64,000 nt of DNA, taken from the NCBI GenBank assembly GCA_963771465.1, contig CAVYTU010000017.1, positions 320,001 through 384,000 of the forward strand, given 5' to 3'. Shown piece after piece: positions 1-9,263 of this stretch. The number at the start of each line of letters is the position of its first letter. The stretch's first letter is position 1. Below the pieces are notes generated by a model. That model saw only the letters and a list, made by a program, of their open reading frames with translations. It was not told the origin of the DNA and ran no database searches. Both the position numbers and the translations under genes were made by a program. The DNA is from an uncultured delta proteobacterium. Lineage in GTDB: Bacteria; Desulfobacterota; Binatia; UBA9968.

Positions 1-1
1 A

Positions 2-1135
2 CTGCTCTCCATCGGGCTGGCCGGTCGCTCCTTTACAACTCTATTCCTCGCAGTGGTAGCGATCGCAATGACCAGTCCTGCTCTTTTTGCTGCGGCGGCA
101 AGTCCCGCTCTTACCAAGGCGCAAAAAGAGGCAGAGGCAAAGGGCTATATCTTTGTCGCCACGCACGAAGAAATCGTCAGCAAGGCCAAGCAAGAAGGTA
201 AAGTGCGAGTGATTGTATCCACCGATGGAGCCCTTTTGAAACATCTGGCGGCCGGCTTCAAGAAAAAGTATCCTTTCATCGATATCCGCGCGGAAGAGCT
301 CAGGGGCACCGACGCTTATATTCGCCAGCTGCATGAAATCAAGGGCGGTTTGGTTAAAGGACAGGACGTCAACGACCTGGCTTACGACTTCTACGACGAG
401 TATCCACCGTTTCAGAAAAAATTTGATATCCTGGGAATGGCCGAGCAGAAGATCCTGCAGATCCCGGTTCCGCTCATCGATGCGGTGAACCGCAATGTCG
501 TCGCGATAGGCAGCGGTATCCAAGTCGTCGCTTACAACAAAAAGTTGATCGCAGCCGAAAAGGTGCCCGACACATGGGAAGGATTCCTGCGCCCCGAATT
601 TACAGGTCGAAAGTTCGTGCTCGATATTCGACCGAAAGACATTTCGGCCCTTGTGCCGGCGTGGGGTCTTGAAAAAACACTCGATTTCGCGCGCAAACTG
701 GCCGCGCAAAACCCCATCTGGGCGAGGGGAAACACCCGGGTGCTTACGGCCATGCTCGCCGGCGAGCAAACGATGCTTTTGGGACCTGACTTTGATTCCG
801 TTCTTCGCATCATGGACAAGGACAAAACCGACAGTATCGCCTATAAGCTGGTCGAGCCGCTTCCGGTGCGATTGAACGAGGCGCAAGGCATTCTGAGCAA
901 GGCGGAAAACCCCTACGCGGCGCTCTTATGGTTGGAGTTCGTGGGTTCATCTGAAGGACAGAAAATACTGGACGAACGCGGTCCCTATGAAGCTTCGCTT
1001 TTTATCCCCGGCACCGTCCAGGAGCGGGCCGCGCGCGGGAAAAAGCAATCGGTCGTCGATTGGGGCCATTACAACAAGATTCCAGAGTATGAACGAAAAA
1101 TCATCGAAGCCTACGGCTTCCCGAGAGCGCAGTGA
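2..1135 (+). CDS. ABC transporter solute-binding protein (Fe3+/thiamine AfuA-like family), probably 5'-truncated by the window edge
   Basis: Frame is open back to base 2. Hydrophobic N-terminus, AKQEGKV motif, YNKKL..P.TWE.L segment and AENPYAALLWLEF motif are typical of this SBP class. Confidence 0.8.
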   Translation: MLSIGLAGRSFTTLFLAVVAIAMTSPALFAAAASPALTKAQKEAEAKGYIFVATHEEIVSKAKQEGKVRVIVSTDGALLKHLAAGFKKKYPFIDIRAEELRGTDAYIRQLHEIKGGLVKGQDVNDLAYDFYDEYPPFQKKFDILGMAEQKILQIPVPLIDAVNRNVVAIGSGIQVVAYNKKLIAAEKVPDTWEGFLRPEFTGRKFVLDIRPKDISALVPAWGLEKTLDFARKLAAQNPIWARGNTRVLTAMLAGEQTMLLGPDFDSVLRIMDKDKTDSIAYKLVEPLPVRLNEAQGILSKAENPYAALLWLEFVGSSEGQKILDERGPYEASLFIPGTVQERAARGKKQSVVDWGHYNKIPEYERKIIEAYGFPRAQ

Positions 1136-1198
1136 TACATAGGCATGGGTTCTTCAGGAAAATAAGAGAAAGCAATTTAACACGAGGGGGACTGAACA

Positions 1199-2896
1199 AT
1201 GGACTATGACTTGCTATTGCGCGGAGGACGCGTTGTTGACGGTTCGGGACAACCTTCTTATCTCGCCGATGTTGCGGTCAAAGATGGAAAAATCGTCGAG
1301 CTCGGACGCGTTCACGGTAGCGCTAAAAAGACCATCGACGTGCAAGGCCTCGTCGTGTCCCCTGGTTTTATCGATCACCACACCCACATGGATGCCCAAG
1401 TTTTCTGGGACCCGCACGCTACTTCAGAGCCGCAGCACGGCATCACGTCAATCGTAACCGGTAACTGCGGGCTCGCGCTGGCGCCGGTGAAGCGCGGCGA
1501 TGAAGATGCGATCTTGAAGAATTTTGTGCGTGTCGAGGCGATGCCGCGTCATGCGCTCGAACAAGGCGTGCCCTGGGGTTGGCATTCCTACGGTGATTAT
1601 TTGAACCGAATCGAAGGACGCTTAGGAGTAAACGTCGGCGGTCTCGTAGGCCACATCGCAGTGCGCCAGTACGTAATGGGCGAGGAGTCAGTGGAACGGC
1701 AAGCGACGACGGCGGAAATCCAGCACATGAAAGCGCTGGTGCGGGAGGGCATGGACGCGGGCGCGCTAGGATTCTCGACCAATCGCAACGAGCGGCACAT
1801 GCGAGAAGATGGCAAGCCTGTGCCGAGCCGGCTGGCAAGCGATGAGGAGCTGTTTACACTGTGCGACGTTCTCGGTGAGGTCAATGCCGGCGCGATCCAG
1901 TCGACCTTGGGACAATACACGCCCAAGCACTTTGAGTTGTACAATCACTTGGCCCGCCGCACCCAACGCCCGGTTATCGGCCAAACTGTGATGTACCGGC
2001 CCAATGCGCCGAAGCGATGGAAGGAACAGCTCGACGCGGTGGTTCCTACATTTCGCGAAGGTTATCGGATCTATTTGCGTACGCACACGGTTCCCAACTT
2101 CCGCACCTTCAGCTTGAGCAATACCCAAGCCTTCGACGAGTTTCCGACGTGGAAGAGTCTCATGTTTATGGAAATCGAAGCGCGCAAACGAGCCTTTGCG
2201 GACCAGGAAATCCGGCATAAGCTGCGCACCGATTTGGCTGATCCACGACCGACGACTTTTCATCGGAGGTGGGATCTTGTCACCATCGAAAAGGTAGCCA
2301 AACCTGAAAACCAGAAATATGACGGCAAAAGCGTAGCGACGATGGCGGAGATGCGCGGTCAGGACCAACTGGAGGCGTTTCTCGATCTCTCCCTGGAGGA
2401 AAACCTCGAAACAACATTCCGTAATGCCAACGCCGGCGGCAACCCAGAAGCGATGCGCGAGATCTTGCAGAATCCCTATGTTCTAGTCGGCAATTCGGAT
2501 GCCGGAGCCCATGTGCAGTATAACGCCGAGTTCGGCTATGGCACGACTCTATTGGGACTTTGGGCGCGCGAACGGGGCGTTCTAAGCCTCGAGCAGGCAG
2601 TTCACAAACTCACTTTCCAGGTGGCAACGGTTTACGGCATTACCGGGAGAGGATTGGTCCAGCCAGGTTTCGCCGCCGATCTTGCAGTCTTTAATCCCGA
2701 TACGGTTAGCGCGTGTGAGCCTGAATGGGCAGACGATTATCCCGCTGAGACAGGACGATTGATCCAGCGTGCCATCGGCGTGCACTATACGATCGTCAAC
2801 GGCAAAGTGATCTGTGAGGACGGTAAGATAACCGGCGAGCTTCCTGGCCAGGTTTTGCGGAGCTCGGCATACCGAAAGCGTGGGGCGGTTGTCTAG
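1199..2896 (+). CDS. N-acyl-D-amino-acid deacylase family amidohydrolase
   Basis: GGRVVDGSG, PGFIDHHTHMD, TGNCG, NSDAGAH and ADLAVFNP motifs; GAGGGGG RBS upstream. Confidence 0.88.
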   Translation: MDYDLLLRGGRVVDGSGQPSYLADVAVKDGKIVELGRVHGSAKKTIDVQGLVVSPGFIDHHTHMDAQVFWDPHATSEPQHGITSIVTGNCGLALAPVKRGDEDAILKNFVRVEAMPRHALEQGVPWGWHSYGDYLNRIEGRLGVNVGGLVGHIAVRQYVMGEESVERQATTAEIQHMKALVREGMDAGALGFSTNRNERHMREDGKPVPSRLASDEELFTLCDVLGEVNAGAIQSTLGQYTPKHFELYNHLARRTQRPVIGQTVMYRPNAPKRWKEQLDAVVPTFREGYRIYLRTHTVPNFRTFSLSNTQAFDEFPTWKSLMFMEIEARKRAFADQEIRHKLRTDLADPRPTTFHRRWDLVTIEKVAKPENQKYDGKSVATMAEMRGQDQLEAFLDLSLEENLETTFRNANAGGNPEAMREILQNPYVLVGNSDAGAHVQYNAEFGYGTTLLGLWARERGVLSLEQAVHKLTFQVATVYGITGRGLVQPGFAADLAVFNPDTVSACEPEWADDYPAETGRLIQRAIGVHYTIVNGKVICEDGKITGELPGQVLRSSAYRKRGAVV

Positions 2897-3031
2897 GCTT
2901 TTTTGGCCACGGCGAAACCGCAAACCTGACCGGCCCCTTGGAGTTGCTACCGCAATTCGAGAATCTGCAAAGTTTTTCCCGCACTTTGTGATTCCATAGC
3001 TAAGTGGGGCGATAACTGGAATAATGCCGAT

Positions 3032-3376
3032 ATGGGTAATCGAATTGCGGATATTGGAAAGCTGCGCAGCAGTGTCGAGGCGGACAGCTGGAAGAACAAT
3101 TCTGCTCCGAAAAAAACCGTGAAACTCGGCAGCGAGAAGAATCCGGCTGTTGTCCGAGTCCAATCGGAGGCTCGATTCAAAGAAGTGATGGCGACGTTCC
3201 AAAAGCACGGATGGAAATATCGCATTGGAATCGAACCGGACAAAGCCGAGGATGTCGGTGATCTGGAGCGATTACTGCATCCGCAACAGCCAACGATCGT
3301 CGACAAGAAAGCCGGGCGTAATGAACCCTGCCTTTGTGGCAGCGGGAAAAAATCCAAGCACTGCTGCGGCAAGTAG
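3032..3376 (+). CDS. SEC-C metal-binding motif protein (PBPRA1643-like)
   Basis: C-terminal [22 protein letters not shown] motif, preceded by a [13 protein letters not shown]...EPDKAED segment. Confidence 0.8.
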   Translation: MGNRIADIGKLRSSVEADSWKNNSAPKKTVKLGSEKNPAVVRVQSEARFKEVMATFQKHGWKYRIGIEPDKAEDVGDLERLLHPQQPTIVDKKAGRNEPCLCGSGKKSKHCCGK

Positions 3377-3469
3377 CCGTGGGGTGGGACTGATGAGGCG
3401 GCAAATATCGACGGGTTGCGCGTGTTTTTACGTTCGGCCCGTCAAACCCAGTAAGAAGGAGCGATGAAC

Positions 3470-3592
3470 ATGAGTAAAGGTAAAGACGCTAAGAAACAAG
3501 ACAAGAAGAAGCCGCAAAAAACCTTGATGGAAAAGCGCGCCGCGAAGCGAGCCAAGAAAGAGAACAAAGGCTTTTCGATGAACGTCAAGTGA
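3470..3592 (+). CDS. Small lysine-rich protein, 40 aa (below the ORF-track cutoff)
   Basis: AAGGAG RBS at 3456-3461, ATG 3470, sequence MSKGKDAKKQDKKKPQKTLMEKRAAKRAKKENKGFSMNVK, followed by a hairpin at 3606-3644. Confidence 0.7.
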   Translation: MSKGKDAKKQDKKKPQKTLMEKRAAKRAKKENKGFSMNVK

Positions 3593-3605
3593 CACGCCTC
3601 TTTGA

Positions 3606-3644
3606 CGGAGCTGCAGCATAACATCGGTTATCCTTGCAGCTCCG
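3606..3644 (+). terminator. Stem-loop downstream of the small K-rich ORF
   Basis: CGGAGCTGCA...TGCAGCTCCG outer stem with inner ATAAC/GTTAT stem; no strong U-tract. Confidence 0.4.
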
Positions 3645-3891
3645 AAATCAACGCTGTTCCCGCCAGTTGCGCATCCAGCCCCCGCCTTAGGTTAGTTACT
3701 TTATCGAAGACGTCATTGCCGCATGCTTTCAGCGGTGGTTCGTTCTGTGCGCCCCACAGTTTCCTTCGTGGCCTCACGACGAAAACACTCGAGGCACGCT
3801 TTAGGACAAGTTTTGTCGCGTCCGCGAGCGTTGGCAACGTAGGATCGCTATGTTATGACGTTGCCTAATCCAAAAATCGAAAGGTTTTTCA

Positions 3892-4560
3892 ATGAGCGAA
3901 GTTTCTCTAAAAGTCGCCGAGATGTTGCTTTCGACGGAGTCGATTGCCGTCTATAAAGACCATCCGTTTGTTTTCGTTTCTGGACGTATTTCTCCGGTTT
4001 ACATCGACTGCCGCAAGTTGTTGTCGTTTTCCGCGGAGCGCGATTATATCGTCACGCATATGGCGAAAAAGGCACAGACCGACATCGGTCTCGACAAGAT
4101 CGACGTCGTGGCCGGCGGCGAGACCGCCGGGATTCCCTACGCGGCGTTCGTCGCGCATATCATCAAGAAGCCGATGATCTATATCCGCAAACAGCCCAAA
4201 GGCTACGGCGGCACCAAGCAAATCGAAGGCATTCTCCAAGCTGGCCAACGCGTGCTAATGGTCGAGGATCTGATCACCGATGGGTTGAGCAAAATGCGTT
4301 TCAATATCGGTATCCGCGGCGCGGGGGCGAAGATGACTCACTGCCTGTGCGTTTTCGACTATGCGTCGGGTCGATTGAATCAACATGAAGGCCGCGACAA
4401 CCTCGCCAAGAATGATATCGAACTGCATGTCCTGGCGGACTGGGATGACGTGTTAGATACCGGCACGAGCAAAAATTATTTTACCGAAGCGCAAAAGGCG
4501 CAAATCGTCGACTTTTTGAAAGATCCTGAGAATTGGGGCCGTAAGATGGGGTTCGTGTAA
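3892..4560 (+). CDS. pyrE: Orotate phosphoribosyltransferase
   Basis: SGRISPVYIDCR, AGGETAGIP, YIRKQPKGYG and PRPP-binding VEDLITDG motifs. Confidence 0.9.
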   Translation: MSEVSLKVAEMLLSTESIAVYKDHPFVFVSGRISPVYIDCRKLLSFSAERDYIVTHMAKKAQTDIGLDKIDVVAGGETAGIPYAAFVAHIIKKPMIYIRKQPKGYGGTKQIEGILQAGQRVLMVEDLITDGLSKMRFNIGIRGAGAKMTHCLCVFDYASGRLNQHEGRDNLAKNDIELHVLADWDDVLDTGTSKNYFTEAQKAQIVDFLKDPENWGRKMGFV

Positions 4561-4682
4561 GACCGATGAAAACGGCTACCTGCTTCGTTGCGCTCGCTCG
4601 ACTCGCGTCAACGTACAGCCAGCGTACGACTTCGCTCGTGGGCCGTCGGGCGCCTTGCATCTAGCCGTTTTGATCGGTCTTA
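4558..4682. mobile_element. MITE/REP-like 125-bp element with 21-bp terminal inverted repeats
   Basis: TAAGACCGATGAAAACGGCTA (4558-4578) pairs with TAGCCGTTTTGATCGGTCTTA (4662-4682), one mismatch; non-coding interior; overlaps the pyrE stop codon. Confidence 0.55.
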
Positions 4683-4693
4683 GGTAGATGGTG

Positions 4694-4726
4694 TAAGGGC
4701 ACGGCTTGCCGTGCCCTTATTTTTTT
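4694..4726 (+). terminator. Rho-independent terminator / REP-like hairpin after pyrE
   Basis: TAAGGGCACGGC-TT-GCCGTGCCCTTA followed by a T run. Confidence 0.65.
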
Positions 4727-4765
4727 GCTTTCAAGAAAATTTCACCGAGTTACGAGAGGGACGTT

Positions 4766-6235
4766 ATGAGAACGCTCATTGGCAACGCGCTGATCGTCAC
4801 GATGAACGATCACAACGATATCATCGACAAAGGCGCCATTGTCGTCGACGGCAATAGGATTACTTACTGCGGGCCGGCCGAACGGACGCCGGTCGGGCCG
4901 TTTGACAGGACTATCGATGCCAGCCGCATGATCGCGATGCCTGGCATGGTGAATGCGCACTGCCATTCTCCGGCGAATTTGGTACGCGGCATGATGCCGA
5001 GCAGGCCTTTGGAAATCTGGCGCGCTTACTACCGCGCGTCGTTACGCGATATGCGCGAGGATGATTTTTACGCCAGCGCGTTGCTCGGCGGCATGGAGAT
5101 GCTCAAGAACGGCGCGACGACAGTGCTCGATCATTTTGCCGGCAGCGCCGCGTGCCGTTTCATGGGCGCCGGGGCGGCGATCCAGGCGATGCGCGATCTC
5201 GGCCTACGTCATGTCGCGGCGCTCACGGTGACCGACAAGAACTACGAAGATACGATTCCGCTCGGTGAAACCGCTGCGAGCCTGACCGAAGAGATCAAGC
5301 GCATGAGCGCGAGCGAAGCGAAAACCACGCAGGCCTGGCTCGACGAATGTGAGGAGTTCATCGAGACGTTTCATGCGCCGGAAAAACTGACAACGGCATG
5401 TCCCGGTCCCTCGGCCGTGCAGCGTTGTACGGACGAGCTTCTGCAAGGCTGCGCCGAAATGACGCGCAAACGGCATTTGCCGCTGCATATTCACCTGGCC
5501 GAAACCAAGGCACAGCAGGTGCAAGGTAACAGCATCTACGGCCATTCATTGCTGCAACATCTCGATTCACTCGGGATCGTCGGGGCAAATCTTTCCTGCG
5601 CCCATTCGATCTGGATCGAAGACGAGGATGTGGAGTTATTCGCCGAGCACGGCGCCACGCCGGTGCATAATCCGGCGAGTAACCTGCGCATCGGCAGCGG
5701 TTTGGCGAAGGTGAAAGAATTTCTCGCGGCCGGCGTGAACGTTGGATTAGGCACGGATGGTGCCGCTTCGAATGACGGCCAGAACATGTTCGACGCCGTG
5801 CGTTTGGCCGCGTTGATTCACAATCATGCGGGCAGTGATTTCAATCGGTGGGTCACGCCTGGCCAAGCACTGGCGATGGCGACGCGCAACGGCGCCCGCG
5901 CTTTCGGTTTGGATGCCGGTGTGATTGCGGCGGGAAAACTTGCCGATATCGTTCTGCTGCGCCGCGATACGGCAGCCTACCGGCCGATGAACGATGTCGT
6001 TAATCAAATCGTCTTTTGTGAGAACGGCAGTAATGTCGACACGGTGATCGTTAACGGTGAAGCCGTCGTCGAAGGCGGGCGATTGACCAAGGTCGATGAA
6101 ATGACAGTGTTAAAAATCGCAGAAGGCGCGCGCACACGCCTGGAGCCGTCCATGCAGAGCGAGCTGGTGGCGGCGCGGACGATGGAGCCGGCGCTGGCTG
6201 AGATGTATTTTCGGGTGTTTGGCCAAGACAAGTAA
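4766..6235 (+). CDS. Amidohydrolase, SAH/MTA-deaminase / chlorohydrolase (AtzA/TriA-like) family
   Basis: PGMVNAHCH, HIHLAE, AHSIW, HNPASN, GTDGAASN motifs; ATG 4766 follows GAGGG RBS. Confidence 0.85.
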   Translation: MRTLIGNALIVTMNDHNDIIDKGAIVVDGNRITYCGPAERTPVGPFDRTIDASRMIAMPGMVNAHCHSPANLVRGMMPSRPLEIWRAYYRASLRDMREDDFYASALLGGMEMLKNGATTVLDHFAGSAACRFMGAGAAIQAMRDLGLRHVAALTVTDKNYEDTIPLGETAASLTEEIKRMSASEAKTTQAWLDECEEFIETFHAPEKLTTACPGPSAVQRCTDELLQGCAEMTRKRHLPLHIHLAETKAQQVQGNSIYGHSLLQHLDSLGIVGANLSCAHSIWIEDEDVELFAEHGATPVHNPASNLRIGSGLAKVKEFLAAGVNVGLGTDGAASNDGQNMFDAVRLAALIHNHAGSDFNRWVTPGQALAMATRNGARAFGLDAGVIAAGKLADIVLLRRDTAAYRPMNDVVNQIVFCENGSNVDTVIVNGEAVVEGGRLTKVDEMTVLKIAEGARTRLEPSMQSELVAARTMEPALAEMYFRVFGQDK

Positions 6236-6276
6236 GGACTGTCAAAAACTCCAGATCAAAAAACTTGGTCCAACTT

Positions 6277-7678
6277 CTATAAGTCCGGGCGACGTTTGTG
6301 CCACTCCGTCGCTTGCTCGTAAGCGTAGGCAACGCGGAAGCAGGTGGCTTCTTCGAAAGCCGGCGCGACGATTTGTAATCCTGCCGGCAGATTCCCTTCG
6401 GTGAAGCCGCAGGGCAGTGAGATCGCCGGCAATCCCGTAAGATTAAACGGATTGGTAAAACTTGGCCGCATGTTCTGCTCGTTGGGGTCCATGCCTTCGA
6501 AGGCTTCCGGCGGCCGCGCGGCGCCGGGGACGGCGAAGACGTCGACCTGGGCAAAGTTGGCGCGGATCTGTTCATTCAAAACGGCTCGGGCGCGCTGGGC
6601 GGTGAGGTAATCGGCGGCGCTTAAGAATGCACCTTCGAGGATTCTTCGCCGTACCGAACTGCCAAATTTCAGCGGCGCCTCTTGCAAGGTTTTTTCATGG
6701 TACGTGTACGCTTCGCAAACCAAGAATCGTTTGGTTGGCTTTGCGGGCGAGCGAGAACGGTTTGCCGTCGATGTCGACGATTCGCGCACCGAGGTTTTCG
6801 AGAACTTTCAACGCTTGATTGAAGACCGCTTCAGTTGTCGGATCGATTCCTAAATTTTCATCGAACCAATTTTGGCGCGGCACCCCAACGCGCAGACCTT
6901 TGATGCCATCTTTCATTCCCGTCTGAAAATTCGGCACGGCGACGTTCGCCGATGCGTTGTCTTGTGCGTCGTAGCCGGCGAGCGCTTGCAGCATGATCGC
7001 GCAGTCCTCGACGCTGCGCGCCATCGGGCCGGCATGATCCAGCGACCAACTGAGCGGGATGACGCCGGCGCGGCTGACTCTGCCGTAGGTCGGTTTGATG
7101 CCGACGATGCCACAGTGTGACGACGGCGTTCGGATCGAACCGCCGGTATCGGAGCCGAGCGCGCCGTAGCAAAAGCCGGCGGCCAACGCGGCGCCGGAAC
7201 CGCTGCTCGAGCCGCCGGGAATATGCGCGGTGTTCCACGGATTTCTGACGGCGGGGAAGGGCGCGTCGACCGACGGCCCGCCGAAGGCAAACTCATGCAT
7301 GCCGAGTTTGCCGAGCAAGATCGTGCCGGCATCCTGAAGCTTTGTCACCGTGGTCGCGTCGTGATCGGGAAGCCAATTTTCCAGCACCGCCGAGTGGCAA
7401 GTCGTGCGGATGCCCTTGGTGGCATAGAGATCTTTGAGCGCGATGGGAATGCCATGCAGCGGCCCGCGATCTTTGCCGCTGTTTAATTCTTGCTCGGCTT
7501 GTTTGGCTTGTTGCAGCCCGAGATCGGCGGTGAGCGTGATGAAACTGTGCAGTTTGTCGTCGAGTGAATGGATTCGTCGAAGGCAAGTTTCTGTGAGCTC
7601 GACCGGCGAGAATTCTTTTCGCCGCAACCCAGCCGCGGCTTCGGCGATGGCCAGATAATGAAGCTCCTTGTCGTTCAT
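6277..7678 (-). CDS. Amidase signature family protein (GatA/AtzE-like), split by a +1 frameshift near 6722
   Basis: GPLHGIPIALKD, GGSSSGS and GSDTGGSIR in the 6695-7678 frame; C-terminal FNLTGLPAISLPCG in the 6277-6789 frame. Removing one base joins ...KANQTIL to VCEAYTYH... Confidence 0.85.
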
Positions 7679-7684
7679 AATCGC

Positions 7685-7882
7685 CTATTTTTGCTCATGC
7701 CGTATCGCGTCGAAGGCGGCCGCCGGCTCATCTTCGCGAGCTACCATTTCACGTAGCTCGGCTGCCTGCCGGCGCGCCCGAATGACTCCCGTCAGCAAAC
7801 GTTGCAGCTCGTCTTCCGGCAGCCGCAGGCCACGGCGCTCCGCCAGCGCTTTTAGATTCTCTAAAGTAAGTTCTTCGGCCAT
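7685..7882 (-). CDS. Small GatC/AtzG-like amidase partner protein (65 aa)
   Basis: Directly upstream of and co-oriented with the amidase; GLRLPEDEL and C-terminal EPAAAF pattern; AGGGA RBS. Confidence 0.65.
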   Translation of the reverse strand: MAEELTLENLKALAERRGLRLPEDELQRLLTGVIRARRQAAELREMVAREDEPAAAFDAIRHEQK

Positions 7883-7959
7883 ATTTTCCCTACGTGAGAG
7901 CTGAGATTGTTTCTATCGAAAGCGAAGGCTGGAATGTCAATTGACTGAACGCTTCCGGG

Positions 7960-8117
7960 GAATAACCCTTCCCCTGGATACTTGTTGGCGCGCGATCGGC
8001 GCACGGTTGAACGGTTTACCAAGGAGCCGCGCTGGCGTGCTCTTGACGGACGGCTCGGCGGCGACCTGTGGATCGATGAGATTTTCCGATGTTCTAAAGG
8101 TATTGCACTGGCGCTAG
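7960..8117 (+). pseudogene. C-terminal remnant resembling fused MFS/spermidine-synthase-like proteins
   Basis: Reads LLARDRRTVERFTKEPRWRALDGRLGGDLWID then, after a frame change, FSDVLKVLHWR*; resembles the WTDDxSxxLxVL tail of that family (from recall). Confidence 0.4.
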
Positions 8118-8143
8118 AGCGATAAGGCGTTAGTCTGTGCGCG

Positions 8144-9175
8144 TTAGTTCTTCGGTATCAATACTTCTCTGATCTTGGCCACGTTCTTAGTATCCATCTG
8201 AAAAAGTTTCTTGACGATGCTTTCGATCTCGCCGCCGGTGAGCGGGTTGACCTCGAGCCGCGATTTTTTCATCTCCGCCAAAAATTCGGGATCTTTCATG
8301 GTGGCGTTAAAGGCGCTGCGCAGGATGTCGCCGCGCCCTTTGGGCGTGCCGGGCGGCAGAGCATAGGCCCGCAAGATCGCCGACGGCGCATGCACGCCGG
8401 AGTCGATCAGAATCTTCGCCTCGGGCGTTTTGGCATAATCGATGGCGTTGGGCACGTTGAGAATATCGTCGGCTTTCTTTGGATTCATTTGAATGATGGC
8501 TTTGACGTTTCCCGATTCTAGACCGTTGGCCCAGGTCGTACGTATCGATGCCCAGGTCCAGCAGCCGCCGTCGACTTCGCCGGCTTCCGCGGCTACCCGA
8601 ATATTCGAGGTGCCCTTGAACCCTTCGATGAGCTGGATCGGCAAGCCCAGAGCGGCTTTCAAAACCCGCGGCACGTCTGAGTCGTTGGCACCCGGCGCCT
8701 CGCCGCCAAGCTTTACCGTTTTCTTGGCGGCGAACCAATCGTCCAGCGAGCTGATACCGCTCGCTTTAGTTAGCGCGCAGACGGTCTCGTCTTGGACCGG
8801 CGCGCCGACCCAATCGAATTTGCGGCCGTCGAACTCGATGCCCTTATCTCCCATGATTTGCTGCAGGATGAGTGAGCCGATGAAGTTACCGATGAGCAGA
8901 CCGTCGGGCGGCGCTCGAAAGAGAAAATTTGCCGACACCCGGCTGCCGGCGCCGGTCATGTTCTCGACGATAATTGACGGGTTGCCGGGAATATGCCGGC
9001 CCATGTGGCGCGCGATCGCGCGTGCGTAGGCATCGAAACCGCCGCCGGCGGCGAAGCCGACGATGATGCGAATGTTTTTACCGCGATAGAAATTATCGTC
9101 TGCACTGGCGGCGTAGGCCGAAGCTGCGCTCATGATTGAACTCAGCAGCATCGCCAAACTAATAAGCTTTGTCAT
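8144..9175 (-). CDS. Tripartite tricarboxylate transporter substrate-binding protein (TctC/Bug family)
   Basis: Signal peptide; IIVGFAAGGGFDAYAR, VENMTGAGS, PPDG and LPPGTP motifs. Confidence 0.9.
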   Translation of the reverse strand: MTKLISLAMLLSSIMSAASAYAASADDNFYRGKNIRIIVGFAAGGGFDAYARAIARHMGRHIPGNPSIIVENMTGAGSRVSANFLFRAPPDGLLIGNFIGSLILQQIMGDKGIEFDGRKFDWVGAPVQDETVCALTKASGISSLDDWFAAKKTVKLGGEAPGANDSDVPRVLKAALGLPIQLIEGFKGTSNIRVAAEAGEVDGGCWTWASIRTTWANGLESGNVKAIIQMNPKKADDILNVPNAIDYAKTPEAKILIDSGVHAPSAILRAYALPPGTPKGRGDILRSAFNATMKDPEFLAEMKKSRLEVNPLTGGEIESIVKKLFQMDTKNVAKIREVLIPKN

Positions 9176-9263
9176 AATGTCCTCCCGGCAAACAACTCGA
9201 TTCATTTACGATGAGTCGCAACGGTCAGCTCGACTGAACGATCTCTCAGTGAGTTCGCCGCAA

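Noticed and set aside
6277-7882. gatCA of the tRNA amidotransferase
   Set aside because: No gatB follows, the small protein is shorter than typical GatC, and the context is catabolic.
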